A stretch of 64,000 bases of DNA from Guillardia theta CCMP2712 (GCF_000315625.1 NW_005434663.1:649882-713881), one strand, 5' to 3'. Positions 1-13,435 are shown, counted from the stretch's first letter. Numbers and translations are program-made. Notes: generated by a model not told the origin, from the sequence alone.

Positions 1-467
1 TTACCGACCTACCCCCATGACCAACCCCCTACCCCCACCCTTGGGTCTTCCAAGGCTGGCCTGCCTCAGAGGGCCGGATCGATGACCCGGACCCGCCGAC
101 GGACCGGGCCCATGAAGACTCGAACATCCCTGAGGCGAGCCTGACCAAATGGCTTGAGTGAAGTTCGGGTGGACCGAGTGCTTTAACCCCACCCCCTCGT
201 AAACGATGCAAGAGCAGGGAAGAAGGGGTAGGGGTGGCCACTCCATGTCAAGAGCCTCCGCCGAAAAATGGCGATGATCTGAGAGGAGTCGCATGGACGA
301 GGAGCGGTCGACCTCGAGCAGACGCGCAGCAGAATCCGCTGAGATTGGGAACTCTCTCCCCCTCCTCCTGGATCACTGACTCACAGGGTTGTACAAGACG
401 GTGGAACTGTAAGGCTTCCGGAGGAGATTCAATGAGTGGGTGAGCTACAGTGTGGAGGTAATTGAGA

Positions 468-3400
468 ATGAGACGCGGTGCTGTCAAGCTGCTCGCCCTG
501 CAGTTTGCCCTTCTGTCATGTCGGATCTGTGCAGCCATCCTCATGCCAGGCACTCAACTGATTCTTGCCTACGATCCGTCGATTGCGAACCTGTCAACCA
601 ACATCAACTTGCTGTTTCAAGTTCAAACTGCGGGCCCTGCGACGAAGCTGCAGGGTTTTCTGATGAATTTCTCGGACTCCTCGACCTCTGTGAGCAGAGA
701 CCTGCATTTCACGGAGGCTTGGAGCTCTCGGAATGCGGCGCCAGCGGGCAACGACACGCTCGCTTCAGTGGACCGCGTCTCCTGGAACAAGCTGACGTAC
801 GCAATTGAGATTTCTTTCAAGAGGGAGCTTCCTAGTGGGTTCTGGGTGGACATCACCATCTCTTCCTCCAACGGGATCCGCCTCCCCGAGCGAGGGCTGT
901 TGCAACAGGACTCGAGACTGGTGAACGAAGAAGTGCTTTCCTCTTCCTCGTGCTCGTAACCTTCTTGTGTCAGACGTTCAGCGGCGCCACGTGCATTTCC
1001 CCCGCCGTAGGAAGTTTTCTTGATATCGCCAACCCGACAGAGCTCCGGTAGGGAAGGGAAGGAGGGATGGAGTATCTATGGGAGAGGAAGGAGGGAAGAA
1101 GGAGATGAGGACGAGGAAAAATCGGGCAGGGGAGGAAGAAAAGTTCGACTGCGATGTGTGTCAAGGTATGACGGCATTCTGTTGCCTGCAGGGTGTCTGG
1201 AGATAAACTTGGGCAAATCATCTTCCGTCCTCATTTCCGTATTTTCCCTCAAGACAAGGTTCAGGATTGAGATGGTCTCAATCCTGAAACGAGACTAACA
1301 CCTCTTCTTCTTTCCTTCCCCTTCCCCTTCCCAACCTCCTCCTCTTTCTCCTCCTTCCAGGTCATCATCGACTTGCCGGATTTCTACACAACATCGGAGA
1401 CAAGCGTAGTCACCATAGGGGGCACCACGGAGAGTTGGAGTCTGAGCAAGAGGACACTGACAATACAGTTCAGCTCTACACAGGAGAAGGACGTGCTGCA
1501 GTCCATCTCCGTATGGCCGACCATCTCCATTCCTGTCAACGGGCTGCTATCATCGTCTACTGCCTTGACAATCTCCTGCGATTGTGCGGAAGGACCGGTA
1601 TGAGAACGAGGAGAACGAGGAGGAGGAGGAGGAGGAGGAGGAAGAAGAGTGCAAGGTGGAGGAGGAGTGGAGGGGGAGGACGAGGGGGACGAGGAGGACT
1701 GCAAGGAGGAGGAAGAGGAGGAGTGGAAACCCATCAGGGAACGAACACTTGTGCGAGCCAGCGGGTGATGAGAGATCGGAAATGGAAGAGGAGGAAGTAG
1801 CGTAGAGCTTATGCGCTTGCCCAGGTCACTCCTACCCCCTTCGTGAAGATCCCCGATGTTGTCGGATACATCGCACAGTCAAGCTTGAAGCTCAGCAAGA
1901 GCTCCTGCTTGTTCGACGGTTTCAGGTAGGGCATGTGCGAGAGAGCAGACGAGGGAGTGGGAGGGAGGAAGAGGATGAAGTGGGAGGGATGTAGAAGTGT
2001 TCGAAGAAGTTCAAGAGCTGGAAGCAACTAAGGTAGAGCCTGAAGGGAAAGGCAGACGGTGGGGGGGGAGGAGGGAAATGTTGGGAACAGAAGAGATGAA
2101 ACGAGGACGAGCGTAGCCCTGAGATGCTGCGGATCAGGTGGCAGTGCGAGTGGAAAGCTCCGAGGGTCGACGAGGCAAGCGAGCTCGTCTTTGCGTTCAA
2201 GTTCTCCTCTTGGAGCTTCCTCAAGGGCGACCCGCTGCGGGTCAAGCTGGAAGGGTTCGGAGGGGAGAGGAGGGAGGGCTTCCCAGTCTCCCAGACGCCC
2301 ATTCTTGCCGAGTTGAGCCCTCCCTCTACCCTCGCTCGCCATCCCTACGGCTGCCCCTCCAACGCGGGCTGTGCCAGCATGCAGTACGCAGGAGACTCGC
2401 TCTTCTCCTCTGCCTCCTGGGACCCGCAGGCCTCTCTGCTGGTGTTCACAGCCTCCAAGGACGTCCCTGCTCAGACCAGCATCGTGCTGGTCGTCTCCTC
2501 CTCGGCTGGGCTGCGGGTCCCAACGGTCGGGCTGTGGAGCAAGTCACCGGTGTCCATCCCCCTTGACTTCCCGCTGAACCTCTCGACCTCTGTGCTGCAG
2601 AACCTCTACCCTGTGATGGCGTACAGGACTGTGTCCCTGTCCTTCTCTCCTCTCCTCCCGAACAGGAGGGTCGAGCTGGTCTTCAGGATGCAGCCATGGG
2701 TGCAGATGCAGGCGGGAGAGAACATCACGCTCCTTCTCCCTGGCTTCGTTGCCCAGCAGAACGCGAGCTGCCGAGGAGGACGGGAGTTCTTGGCGAGTTT
2801 CAACTCCACTAGCAGCGGGCAGCTGCTAGTCTTGTTCACGCTCCTGCAAGGCGTGCTTCCCCTGGGGGAGAGGAACGTCAGCTGTTCCGGCCTCCTCTCC
2901 CCTCCCCTCGGGACGTCGGGCCTCGTCGCCATGAGCTCCTTCCTCCCCTTGAGCAGGAGGCCGTCGGAGCAGAGGGCAGACCTGCAGTTCATCCTCCCTC
3001 CCCTCCTCAACGTCAGCCTGACCTTCAGCAACGACACCAGCTCTGACGCAGTCGCTCTGCTCCTCTCCTTCAACCTCTCCATCCCCCTCGTCGCCGGCGA
3101 CCGCATCGAGCTCCTCCTTCCGGGCTTCAAGTCACAGCGCACATCCTCCGTCTCCACGGACACCGGGAGGGTGCAGTACGACGGCTCCTCCCAGACCCTC
3201 TCAGTTACGCTGACGGTGGACCTGCCGGAAGGAGGACCCAGGAGTCTCCTCGTCCCCCAGAGCGCGAATATGTTCCTGCCCCTCCGCGGCCTCGAGCAGA
3301 ACGATCCTTCTCTGCGCTGGAGGGTGAGCATGAGCAAGCAGGAGCAGGAGTGGCTTCCCTTGTACTACTCTCAGAGGATCACGCAGAGGCTGGACAACAG

Positions 3401-6400
3401 CTCCGTCTCCTTCCTCACCCCTCGCGCCGGGCAGCTCACCGACCTCCTCCTCACTGTCCGCTCCTTCGAGCCCTACTTCAAGGACGGCACCTCCATCCTC
3501 CTCCTTCTCCCAGGCTTCCCTCCCACCTCCGGCCTGACCGTCACAGGAGCTGACAAGGTCTCCCTGGTATGGAACGCGAGCTCCCAGCAGCTCACCGTCA
3601 CCATCCTTCAGCTCGGAGCCGCCGCAGACAGCAGGAGCATCTCCCTTCTCTTCCGCAAGGTTCAGTTGCCCCCAGCTGGAGTCGACCTTCTCGCCTCCTC
3701 CTCCCTGGCCTTTAGCCTGCTCTCCGACGGTCGCATGCTGTTTCCCCCACAGCCCTTCACCTCCGTCGGGCTCGTCGGCGCGCTCCTCGACTCGCGGATC
3801 GACTTCTTCCCCCGCAACCCGCCCGGCTCGCTGCTTGGCCTCAACCTCGCCTTCACCCCTGGCATGCAGCTGCTGATCGGAGAAACCTTGGTAAGAGATT
3901 ACGATGATGATGATGATGATGATGGAGATGATACTGGTGGTGGTGGTGGTGGTGGTGGTGGTGGTGATGATGATGATGATGATGATGGTAGTGTCATGGG
4001 TTGAACAAGGACGAGCGTTCGTTTGATATTCAGTTATGCGTCATACAATCAAAGTCACTGACAGGTTTTCTCAGGTCCTCAACTTGACAGGTTTTACAGG
4101 GGCAGACAACAATCTCATTCTCCTCTCTTCTCATTCCTCCACTACCTACTTCCAGGTGCCTCCTCCTCCTCCTCCTCCTCCTCCTCCTCCTCCTCCTCCT
4201 CCTCCTCCTCCTCCTCCTCCTCCTCCTCCTCCTCCTCCTTCCTTCCTCCTTCTAACTCCTCCTCCTCCTTCTAACTCCTCCTCCTCCTCTTCTCCTTCTA
4301 CCTCCTTCTACCTTCTCCTTCTACCTCCTTGCTCTCTTCTTCTCTCGTCTCACCCGCGTCTTTCATCCCGTTCTGACACATTCCTTGTCCTCCTTCTTCC
4401 TCCCCTTGCTACCTCTTCTCCTCATTTCCTCCTTCATCCTCTCCCTCCACGCACACGCTCACCTCTCGCATCCCCTTACAGGAGGCGAGCTGGAAGCAAT
4501 CATCGCAGCAGCTCATCCTCACCGCCTCCTCGCTGCTCCCTCGCTTCACCCCGGTCGACGTCGTCGTCCCCTCCTCCTCCGGCATCCGGTCGCCGTCGGC
4601 CGGCATTGCCAGCTGTGCAGCAGCAGCAGCCTGCCCCCTCCGTCTCTCCTCCTCTGCTCGCAGCGGGCCTGTCCTCTCCTCCGACCTCGTGGACTATCAA
4701 CCCCTGGGGTACGTCAAGAGGATCAGCGTTGCCTTCTCCTCCTACGTCATCGACACGCCCGTCTCCCTCTCCCTCTCCCTCTCCCTCTCCCTCCAGCTGG
4801 CCGCCGGCGACCAGATCCTTCTCTACCTCCCCTCCTTCTCCTCCTCCCTGGTCGGCCAGGACGTCTCCGGCTCCTTCTCCCACCCCCTGCTCTTCCTCGG
4901 GCCGCTGGCGATGGAGGGAGGAGCGCTGGTGGTGACCTTCATCGCCCGGGGCGTCGTTGCCATCGATCAGGACGTCTCCTTCCTCCTCTCCTCCTCTCTC
5001 CGCATCTTCCTCCCTCCCCGTGGCATCAGGCGATCGGCGAACCAGCTCGACCTGCTGGTGAGGAGGACGGTCCTCTCCGGCCCTGTGGACATCCTCCCCC
5101 GCAACTCCCTCTTCGCCCTTCCCCTCCTCTTCTCCTTCGACCAGGCTCGCGTCTCCTTCGACCCTCCTCGCGCCGGCCCCGTCTCGATCTCCTTCCTCCT
5201 CAACCCTGCCGTACCCTTGGCGGAGGGCGATACGATTCACCTCCTCCTCCCTCAGTTCCGGCAGACCGTGCTGGTCCCAACGCCCCACGATCTCCTGCTG
5301 GGGTCGACGAGGGTGGCAAGCTGGCGGGTCGAGGTTGGGGGGATAGCAGTCCAGCTGCTACAGAACGTGACGGCAAACTCAAGCATGCAGTTCTTGGTCA
5401 ACAGCAGCGAAGGTTTCCTGGTACCCCTTGAAGGCATCTTGGCAGACTCGCTCCCCCAGCTCAAGTTCCAGGGACAGGAAGGGAAACTTGACCGTCTCCT
5501 CCTCTCCTTCGACCCTGTGCAGGCAGCCCTGCTGAACATGCGGATGACCTTCCTTCCCGCCATCGCCAACACCGTCGCCTCGGTCACCATCTCCTTCGTC
5601 GGAACTTCCGAGCTCATGAAAGACGATGTGATCAGGTGCCCTGCAGTCTCCTCTCCTTCCTTCTCCTCTCCTCTCCTCCTTCTCCTCCTCCTCCTCCTCC
5701 TCCTCCTCCTCCTCCTCCTCCTCCTCCTCCTCCTCCTCTTCCTGCTCTTTCTCTGTTCTTTCTCTCCCTTCTCCTTGCTCATTCACCTCACTATCATCCA
5801 CCAGCTTTTCACTTGCAGGCTTCACGAGGCAGTTCGACTGCTGGGACCAGCAGAGCTCGTATCCCCAGCGCTGCATCTACTCAGTCATCGCCTCCTCCAA
5901 ATTCTGCCTCCCTTGCGGCGACGGCTGCCTCCTCCAATCCGGCACTCGAGGGTGCTTGTTCACCGTCCTCACCAGCCTTGGGCAGCAGCAGCAGCGGCGG
6001 CAGCAGCAGCAGCCTAGCGATCCTACCGTCTTCAACGGAGCATGGCTCCCCAGCACCTCAGTCCTGCTCATCAACACCAACAGCAGTGTCGCAGCTCGAA
6101 TCCCCGTCTCCGTCCTCCTCCCAGCTGCCCTCCAGCTCGTCCTCCCCGCAGCTGGAGTCAGCGCTTCCTCCCCCCTCCTCTACTCCCTCTCCAACAGGTG
6201 GGGTGACATGAAGCAGCAGAACGTTCCTAGCAGGACCATCGTCGCCGCGTTCCTGCAGCTCCCGACCGTACAGTTCGGGTCGCACCGCGCCGGTCTGTCC
6301 GACTCCCTTCTCCTCTCCTTCACCCTGGCCGTCCCCCTCCTCCGGGGAGATCTCCTTATCCTCCAGCTCCTCGATTTCCTCCCCGCTCCTGCCCTTGCGC

Positions 6401-6618
6401 GGTCTCCGACGGTCAGCGTCTCCTCGACGCCCGCTGGCCTCTCCCTCTCGGGCAGCTGGAACGCTTCCTCCCGCCAGCTAACGTTCTCCGTGGAGCTCGA
6501 TCGGGTGGAAGGAGGAACTCCGATCTCGCTGCTGATGGCGCAGGGAACCTTCATCCTCCCCTATCAGGGTGAGGCGAAGCAGCCGCCTTCCTCTTCTCCT
6601 CCTCCTCAACCTCCTCCC

Positions 6619-6672
<54 letters not shown>

Positions 6673-9600
6673 GTCCCTCCTGTTCGTCTCGTGCAATCTT
6701 TCTGCCCTTCTCCCCTGCTCGCCTTCTCATCCTGATCCTCTCCTTTCCTCCTCCTCTCTCTTCTCCTCTTCTCCTCTTCTTTTGCCCTCCTGCTCCTCCT
6801 CTTGGCTGCTGCTCCTCCTCTTGGCTGCTGCTGCTGCTGCTGCTGCTGTCTTCTCCTAACCCTCTGCTTCTACTTGTGATTTCGTTTCCTCAGGCCTCCG
6901 AGGGGATGAAAACAAAATCTTCTTGCAGATCATTGGAAGCATCGGGGTCGTCGATCCCTCCCCTGTCTCTTACAAGGGTGAGGGGGGGAGGACAGAAGAT
7001 GGAGGAGGAGAGCGAGAAGAAGAGCGATCGACCAGCTCGTATCCTTCCTTCGATACTCTTCCACTTTCCTCACACTTACTCGATCACTGCTGGCTCTTTC
7101 TCTCTCTCCGATTCCCCTCCTTTCCTTCCTGTTCTCCTCTTCATCTCCTGACTACCCCGAAAGCTTCAGATACCTCTCAAGACTCACAGCAGGATCGTTC
7201 TGCAGAAGTCCTGCCCGTTCGCTCTCGACCCGTGAGGACTTGACCTGACCTCCTTCCCTTCCCCTCCCCTCCCTTCTCCTCTCCTCCCCTCCCCTTCTTT
7301 CCATTCCCTTCCCTTCCGCCTTCACTAAACTGCGTTCATGACTTCCTTGCAGTTGTAATGATGCAAACTCAATTTCAATCGTCTCAGTCGGTGAGATTTT
7401 CTTGCTCTTTCCCTCCTCCTCCCTGACACCAAACAGCCGACCCCTCGCTCTTCACCATCGAGACTGAGAACCCGTTGGGAATCGTCTCGCCGATTCCTGT
7501 TTGCCGCCATTGAGAGGAGGTGAGGTGATGACGTGGCACGCAGGTCCGGCTGGTGACAGCCGTTGGCTCCGACGATCTCAGGTAGTCTCATGCAGCGTGT
7601 GAGAGGAAGTGACGGGTGGGAACAGCGGGGACTGGCGAGGAGAGACGGTCTCAAGTGCAGGATACGTGGATGTGAGAAATAATCAGTGAAGACTGTTCTA
7701 CCCTCGTCTTGTTACCTTGCTTGTTGTCTTTGCTGACATTGTTCTCCGTTGCAGTACATTACAACTCTCAAACTTGGTTGTATCTCAATCTCAACGACAT
7801 GTCCCGCCATCGCCAACTACGACTGCAACTACATCCAAACTCCGACACATGTGCAGGTTTGAGATTTGAAAATGAATGAAAATGATGATGACAATGACAA
7901 GTATTGGGGAATGTAACAAAGAGTTTGAGGGCGATATGGGGATGACGATGACGATGACGATGATAATGGTGGTGCTGGTGGTGATGGTGGTGATGATGAC
8001 GATGACATGATGGCAACCTATGTTTGCACATTGTTGTGTTTTGCTGCCAACATGTTGACAACCCTCAAAAGGTTGCTGGGGAAAACATGCAGGTATCAAC
8101 GCAGACTTCAAGGTTTCACTCTGTCACTGACGACATGACGTACCTGCTGTCGGGGTAAAACAGCATCCGTTGCACTTTACATGTCAAGTTTTGAACCTCT
8201 TTGCTGTCGCCAGGAGCTCCAGCGTTTTGACCATCAAGAGCAAAGACAACGGTCAAGTCAATGTTTACAACTCCTCGAACAACAAGGTGAGACAAACTCA
8301 AAGCTCACCATGACATCAGAACACAACACAACACAACACAACACAACACAACACATTGAGTCTCTCACCTGTTAGAACGCTTGCCTCCGATATCGTGCAC
8401 TCCGTCGGGTGAATCTTGAAGGCGATTGGGATACAATACTGGAGATGCAATGGCCGAGTACCTTCCTTGCTATTGGTCGACTCTCTTCCCGACTGTTCTC
8501 CTTTCCCCTCCTTTCCCCCTGTCTTGCTTCTGCAGCGTCTTCCTCCTCTTCCCGGTCATCCTCCTTCTCCCCCTCCCCCTCCCCTTCTCTGCTTCTGCTC
8601 TCCTCTCATCTCCTCTCACTGTCCTGTTTGCCCATCTCTCCCTCCACCTTCGCCATCCCCCCGCCCTCCTCACTTGTATGACCTCGTGCGATCCCAGTGA
8701 GAGGGACTGGCGACCTGGCAGTGAGGCTTAGGTTCAAGCTCACGGCGATCAAACAGTTCAGCCCGTTCGGGCTTGAGCTGGCGACGTCATACGAGAACGA
8801 GGTCAGCGAGAGGAGAGGAGAGGAGAGGAGGGGAGATCAGAGTGGTTGTGTGGAGAGATCAGTAGGGAACAGCCCGAGGGGAGGAGGGAGGAGGGAGGAG
8901 GGAGGAGGGAGGAGGGAGGAGGGGAGAGGGAGAGGTAGCCGTCGCCATTGCTGACGATCTTGTTTGCAGTACCTCAAGCTGGCACTGGCAGACATCGCAG
9001 GTGAAGTTTGCGGTGCGAGTGTGTCAGAGGAGTGAGGGACGAGCAGGAGTGTCTTCTACCAGCGTCTCCTTCACCAGCGACAAGTATCCTCCGGTCCCTT
9101 CTCCTTTCTCCCTCCCCAGCCCGCAAGCTCACACAGAACAACAGATAGAGCAATGCAACCAGCTCGACTCCTGCAACATAGAAGCATGGGTGAGGAGCAA
9201 GAGAGGCAGAGACAGGCAGAGCGAGAGGGAGGGGGGGAAGAGAGGGAGGGAGGGACGCTGGGGAGAGTCTCATGCTGGTGACCTGCAGTTGTCTGCTGAG
9301 ACGGTCGATCAGAAGACTATCGTCTCAAACTGGATCGCTCAGATCAGCAAGGCGGTGAGCCGTGCTGTCACTCCTGCCTCTTCCCTTCCTACCCCTTCTC
9401 CTCCTTCCCTACCTCCATCTCTTCCCCTGTTCCTCCTTCCTCCTCCTCTTTTCCTCCCCACACATGTCTTCCTCCTCTTCCTCCTCTTCCTCTTTTCCTC
9501 CCCCTCCCCATCTCTTCCTCCTCTTCCTCTGTTTCTCCCCCCCATTGCTCGTCTCTGCTCCTCGTCATCCAGAACTTGATCTTCCCTCAACCTACACCCT

Positions 9601-10839
9601 TGCAGTTTGATTCTGGCGATTTCAACAAGCGGCTCAGCGTGAGGGATTTGTTTGCTACAGCTACGCTCAACGAAAATCCATTTGTAAGCCTCCCTCCTCC
9701 CTCAACTCGTTCTCCTCTCTTTCCCATCTACACCTTTCTTCCTATCCACGATCACCACCACGAGCCCCTCCTTCCCTCTCTTCCTCCATCCTGATGCATG
9801 CCCACCCCTCACACTTGGCCAACCTGCTCACCTCCGTTGCCTCTCCTCTCCTCCTCCTCCCTCGTCCCTCTCAACGTCTCTTCTCTCCCTCCCTCCCTCA
9901 TCTTCCCCTGACATTCTTTCAGCCCTCCAAACAACTGGACAAGGACACGACTTGCCCTCCGGTCACCTCCCGATTTTACAGCTTCCCCAACTACGGCAAA
10001 TGGACGGACCCTGTCGAGGAAAGTGCTGTGCAAAGGAGGCAGTGTATAGCGAAACTTGGACGAGGGAAGGGAGAAGCTTGGAGGAGGAGAACAAGGAGGA
10101 GAGGGGAGCGGGGGGAGGGGAGTGCGGAAGGAGGAGAAGGTCCTGACGCCTTCTTCAGGGAATGGATCTCATCAAGTCAACGGACGTGAACGAGGCAGGC
10201 ATGCTGAACCGCAAGTCCGCCGACTGCCTCACAAAGGTTCCCATCCTCCGACTATCCTTCTCCTATCCGACCCTCTTCTCCTCCGCTTCTCCTCCCCATC
10301 CCCTCCCCTTCTCCTCCCCTTCTCCTCCCCTTCTCCTCCCCCTCTCCTCCCCCTCTCCTCCCCTTCTTGGGGCCTCACATGCTCATAGAACGGAGCGCTC
10401 GACGGGGACAATGTGCAGTACGATCAATCCTACACTGTGACCTTCACGCCCACGACGGTGAGGGGGCTAAAGAGGGAAGGGGATAGAGGGCAGGAGAACA
10501 GGAGGGAGAAGGGGCGGAGGTTATGGACGGTTGAAGTAGATTAGGAAAGGAGTCAGTTCGTGAGAGGGGAGGCGACAAGGAGCATGAGCTGATATCTCAA
10601 ACTCAGATCCTGCTGCGCAATGGCAACCCTCCCAGCAGTCTGGCGTCTGCTACGAGCCCCCCCGCGCAGGTGAGTAGGAGCTTCCATACGTGGAGGGAAC
10701 AGGACATGACGATCAAGTTCAGACCAACGTCACCACGACATTCAGCGCAGGGCCACGGAGGGAGCCAGGTATGCTGGCAGCGCTGGTGGTGGCGATGCTG
10801 CTGTTCGTGGCAGTGGGGGTCAGGGGAGCGACTGAGTGA
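468..10839 (+). CDS. Giant multi-exon secreted/surface protein with at least 11 tandem ~120-130 aa beta-rich repeats and a C-terminal hydrophobic anchor
   Basis: N-terminal signal peptide (MRRGAVKLLALQFALLSCRICAA). Repeated motif S-x-x-F...G[DE]-x-I-x-L-x-L-P-x-F in ORFs 462-959, 2124-4004, 4689-6017 and 5956-6735, joined by GT-AG introns. Last exon reads TNVTTTFSAGPRREPGMLAALVVAMLLFVAVGVRGATE*. Continuity through 7000-8400 is not fully resolved, so this could be two genes. Confidence 0.65.
3902..3988. repeat. Compound (GAT)n/(GGT)n microsatellite in intron
   Basis: Directly visible just after the donor at ~3891. Confidence 0.9.
4159..4239. repeat. (CCT)~27 microsatellite in intron
   Basis: Perfect run immediately after a CAG|GT donor. 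Confidence 0.95.
5684..5737. repeat. (CCT)n microsatellite in intron
   Basis: Directly visible. Confidence 0.9.
6619..6672. repeat. (CAT)18 microsatellite in intron
   Basis: Directly visible; produces spurious poly-His/Met/Ile ORFs. Confidence 0.95.
8322..8354. repeat. (ACACA)n pentanucleotide repeat in intron
   Basis: Directly visible. Confidence 0.85.
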
Positions 10840-10948
10840 GAAGGAAACAAGATGTATTTTATTACATGAGGGGGACAAGCTTCTTTCACACACCCACTTG
10901 AGCCCCGGGAGTGGACAAACGGACGGGGAAACTGATGCTGGAAACCCT

Positions 10949-12194
10949 CTACATGCCGACGATGGGGAGGCTGACAGGAGAGATCATCATGGACTTGAAT
11001 CGCTCCATGTTGTGCTGGGTCTCGCACTTCACAACCTGCCATGGCGTCAAGCGCTGACGAGGATGCAAACACACTCTCACCTCCTCGTATGTTCCCTTGA
11101 CACCGCACGAGCAGGTGTATTCGATGCCCTTGCAAGAGGTTTCGTGCTCAGCAACATCCTCATAAATTCCAGAGTATCCGCAGTTCTTCTGGCAGACGAA
11201 GGCCTGGGGGATCATGCAGGGGCAGGTAGGAGAAGAGATGAGTCTGATGATACAAGGCGTTCAGATGCATCGTGGAAGAGCGCTCGAGGTGTCATACCTG
11301 AGCTGCTCCATCTTCTGGGCACGATGCTGGGTGATACACTGAGCCCTGGCGAGGATGAGCTTGTTCTCAAGGAACTTCTCGTCGGCGGCAGCGAGGGCAG
11401 CCTTGGTAGTATCGTAGTTCTCGCGGCAATCCTGGAGGACCTTGTCGTTCTCGGTCTGGCGAGCAGTGATCTGCTGAACGAGCTGCAGGTCCCGACGTCA
11501 CTACCGAGTGAACAACAGCACGTGTCCAGTACCTGAGGGTTGGCCTCGAAGGTCTTGAGGTCTCTCTCGATCTGATCGGCCAGGACCTCGGCGCTGTACA
11601 TCTGCTGGTGGAGGGTGTCGAACTTGAACTGCGCCTCGATGTACTCCCTCATCTCAGCGTCGACCTGGGGGTATCCTTGTGAGTTTCGAAATCGCGCAAG
11701 GCACTAACTCGCACCTTCTGACCGCACTTGATGAGCTCTCTGTTGCTCTCCTCGTAGTCAGCCATGGCTATTCTAGTCCTGAGAGGTCGTTAGCTTGCAT
11801 AGCTGCACTCACAACGAGAAACTCACTCGAGGCAGGTTCTGTTCTGGCATTCTCCAGCGCGGATGCCGCCCTCGAACATGTTGAGGGACGCTACTTCTTC
11901 GATCTTTTCGTCGCTGAGAATGTCCTCGACCTTGTTCTCCGGGTGGTGAGGGATGATGACTTCGACGACCAAGCAGTTCTGGCCGACAATGATCTGTCCA
12001 ACCTTGAAAGGGGCACACTGCTCGTGCATACCGAGCTTGATGAGGGGACCACGAAGCTTCTCCTTGAGCGAGGTTCTGAGCGCCTCTTCGCCCTCGGGCT
12101 TGAGAACCTCTTCGTCCTTGTTGAGGCGAACGCGGAGGGCGATGGGTCCACCATCGCGGGGCTTGGGAGCAGGGCAGGAGGCCAAAGACGCCAT
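10949..12194 (-). CDS. Coiled-coil protein with a C-terminal TRAF/SIAH-like Zn-finger
   Basis: Spliced exons: MASLASCPAP...; helical middle (LVQQITARQTENDKVLQDCRENY...); CQKNCGYSGIYEDVAEHETSC followed by a degenerate second unit CSCGVKGTYEEVVKCETQH. Confidence 0.7.
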
Positions 12195-12849
12195 GGAAGC
12201 TGGTGAGAGCGATTGAGGGTCACCCGGTTATAAACCTTCTAAAAGGGAATGGGGGGTGGGGGTTTGATGTTGAGGGGTCCCCAGAGCTGAAAAGGGGGTG
12301 AAAAGAGGCAAAATCGAGAGGAATGGGGGGTGGGATTCGAAACGGGTAGTTCGTGTGGAGATTCAGTGATGACTGGTGGGTCATACGTAGGTTCTAGGAA
12401 GCATATCATCAGTCTCGGATCTCCTAGCGGGAGTCCATTCAGGTCCTAGGAAAGTGTCCTATCATCAGTCTACCACGCCTAACAACCGTTTTTTTCCTGG
12501 GTGCAGATGTTGCCTACCCTACAGTATATTTTTGGAGTACCCACCCTGGATTCATAGTGATAACATGTCTTGAAATAAGGGGTAGTAATGAATCCCCTAC
12601 CCCCCGATCAACATAACAAAAACCTCCTCGAGCACCAAGGGAAATAGAGCCGTTACACACGAGTGTGCGAGGGGCACAATTAGAAATATTTCCAAAAATA
12701 GAAGCAGATTTAAAAATCTCGGTACAAAGATCAAGAATCAGTAGAAACTTTCTGTACGTCCCCTCGAGGCTGTTAAAAGTGATCTCTTACAACCAACTCG
12801 TGGCCCTTGTACCATGTCAAGTTGACTTTTCTTACAATTCATTATTATA

Positions 12850-12970
12850 CCAGCCGGGCGTGAGGGGCTCGGAGTCCGGCGGCCGGGCCGGTCGGCGGCG
12901 GGCACTGGGTGACGCCGGGCCCCGGGCCCGGGGCCCAGGAGTACTGTTAGTGCCGCGCTCAGTCACTAAA
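12850..12970. promoter_or_regulatory. GC/CpG-rich palindromic core of a divergent spacer
   Basis: CCGG/GGGCCC/CCCGGG cluster between head-to-head genes. The regulatory role is inferred from position only. Confidence 0.4.
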
Positions 12971-13435
12971 AAATGATAGGGAAGCCTCGGAGTTTGGTGG
13001 GGTGATCTAGATAGGGGTAGGGGTAATAGATACACCGGTACATTTGTCTGTTGTGTGTGTCAAAATTTGAGGTAGGGTGATCAATTGTGTACTAATGATG
13101 TGGGGTGGGTGAGAGGACTCTGGAGGGTAGTGATCAGGCGCATCCCTAGAGGGCTTCAAGAACTTTGCGTGCATGTAAATCGATGCGTAGGAGAGGAGGG
13201 AAAGTGGAAGAGAGGCTGGGGATAGAAGAGAAGAGAGAGGGACAAGGAACAAGATCCGTACATGCTCAGCACCTGAAAGAACAAAGCTGAAGAAAGATGA
13301 AGAATGAGAACCGGTAGTTGTCGACGCGAAGTCGATCGGAAAAGAGGCGGGGCTGACTATTCTGCAAGGGCTGCAATGAACAATCACTCTCACAGCATCC
13401 TGCTAACGCCTGTAACTTTGTCAGGATCGAATGAT

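Noticed and set aside
4036-6859. Poly-Pro, poly-His, poly-Met, poly-Arg and poly-Leu ORFs
   Set aside because: These are translations of intronic microsatellites.
10670-12206. + strand ORFs of 288 and 175 aa
   Set aside because: They are antisense shadows of the spliced minus-strand gene.
12325-12350. tRNA T-loop/B-box-like TTCGAATCCC on the minus strand
   Set aside because: It lacks the G of GTTC and no cloverleaf can be built.
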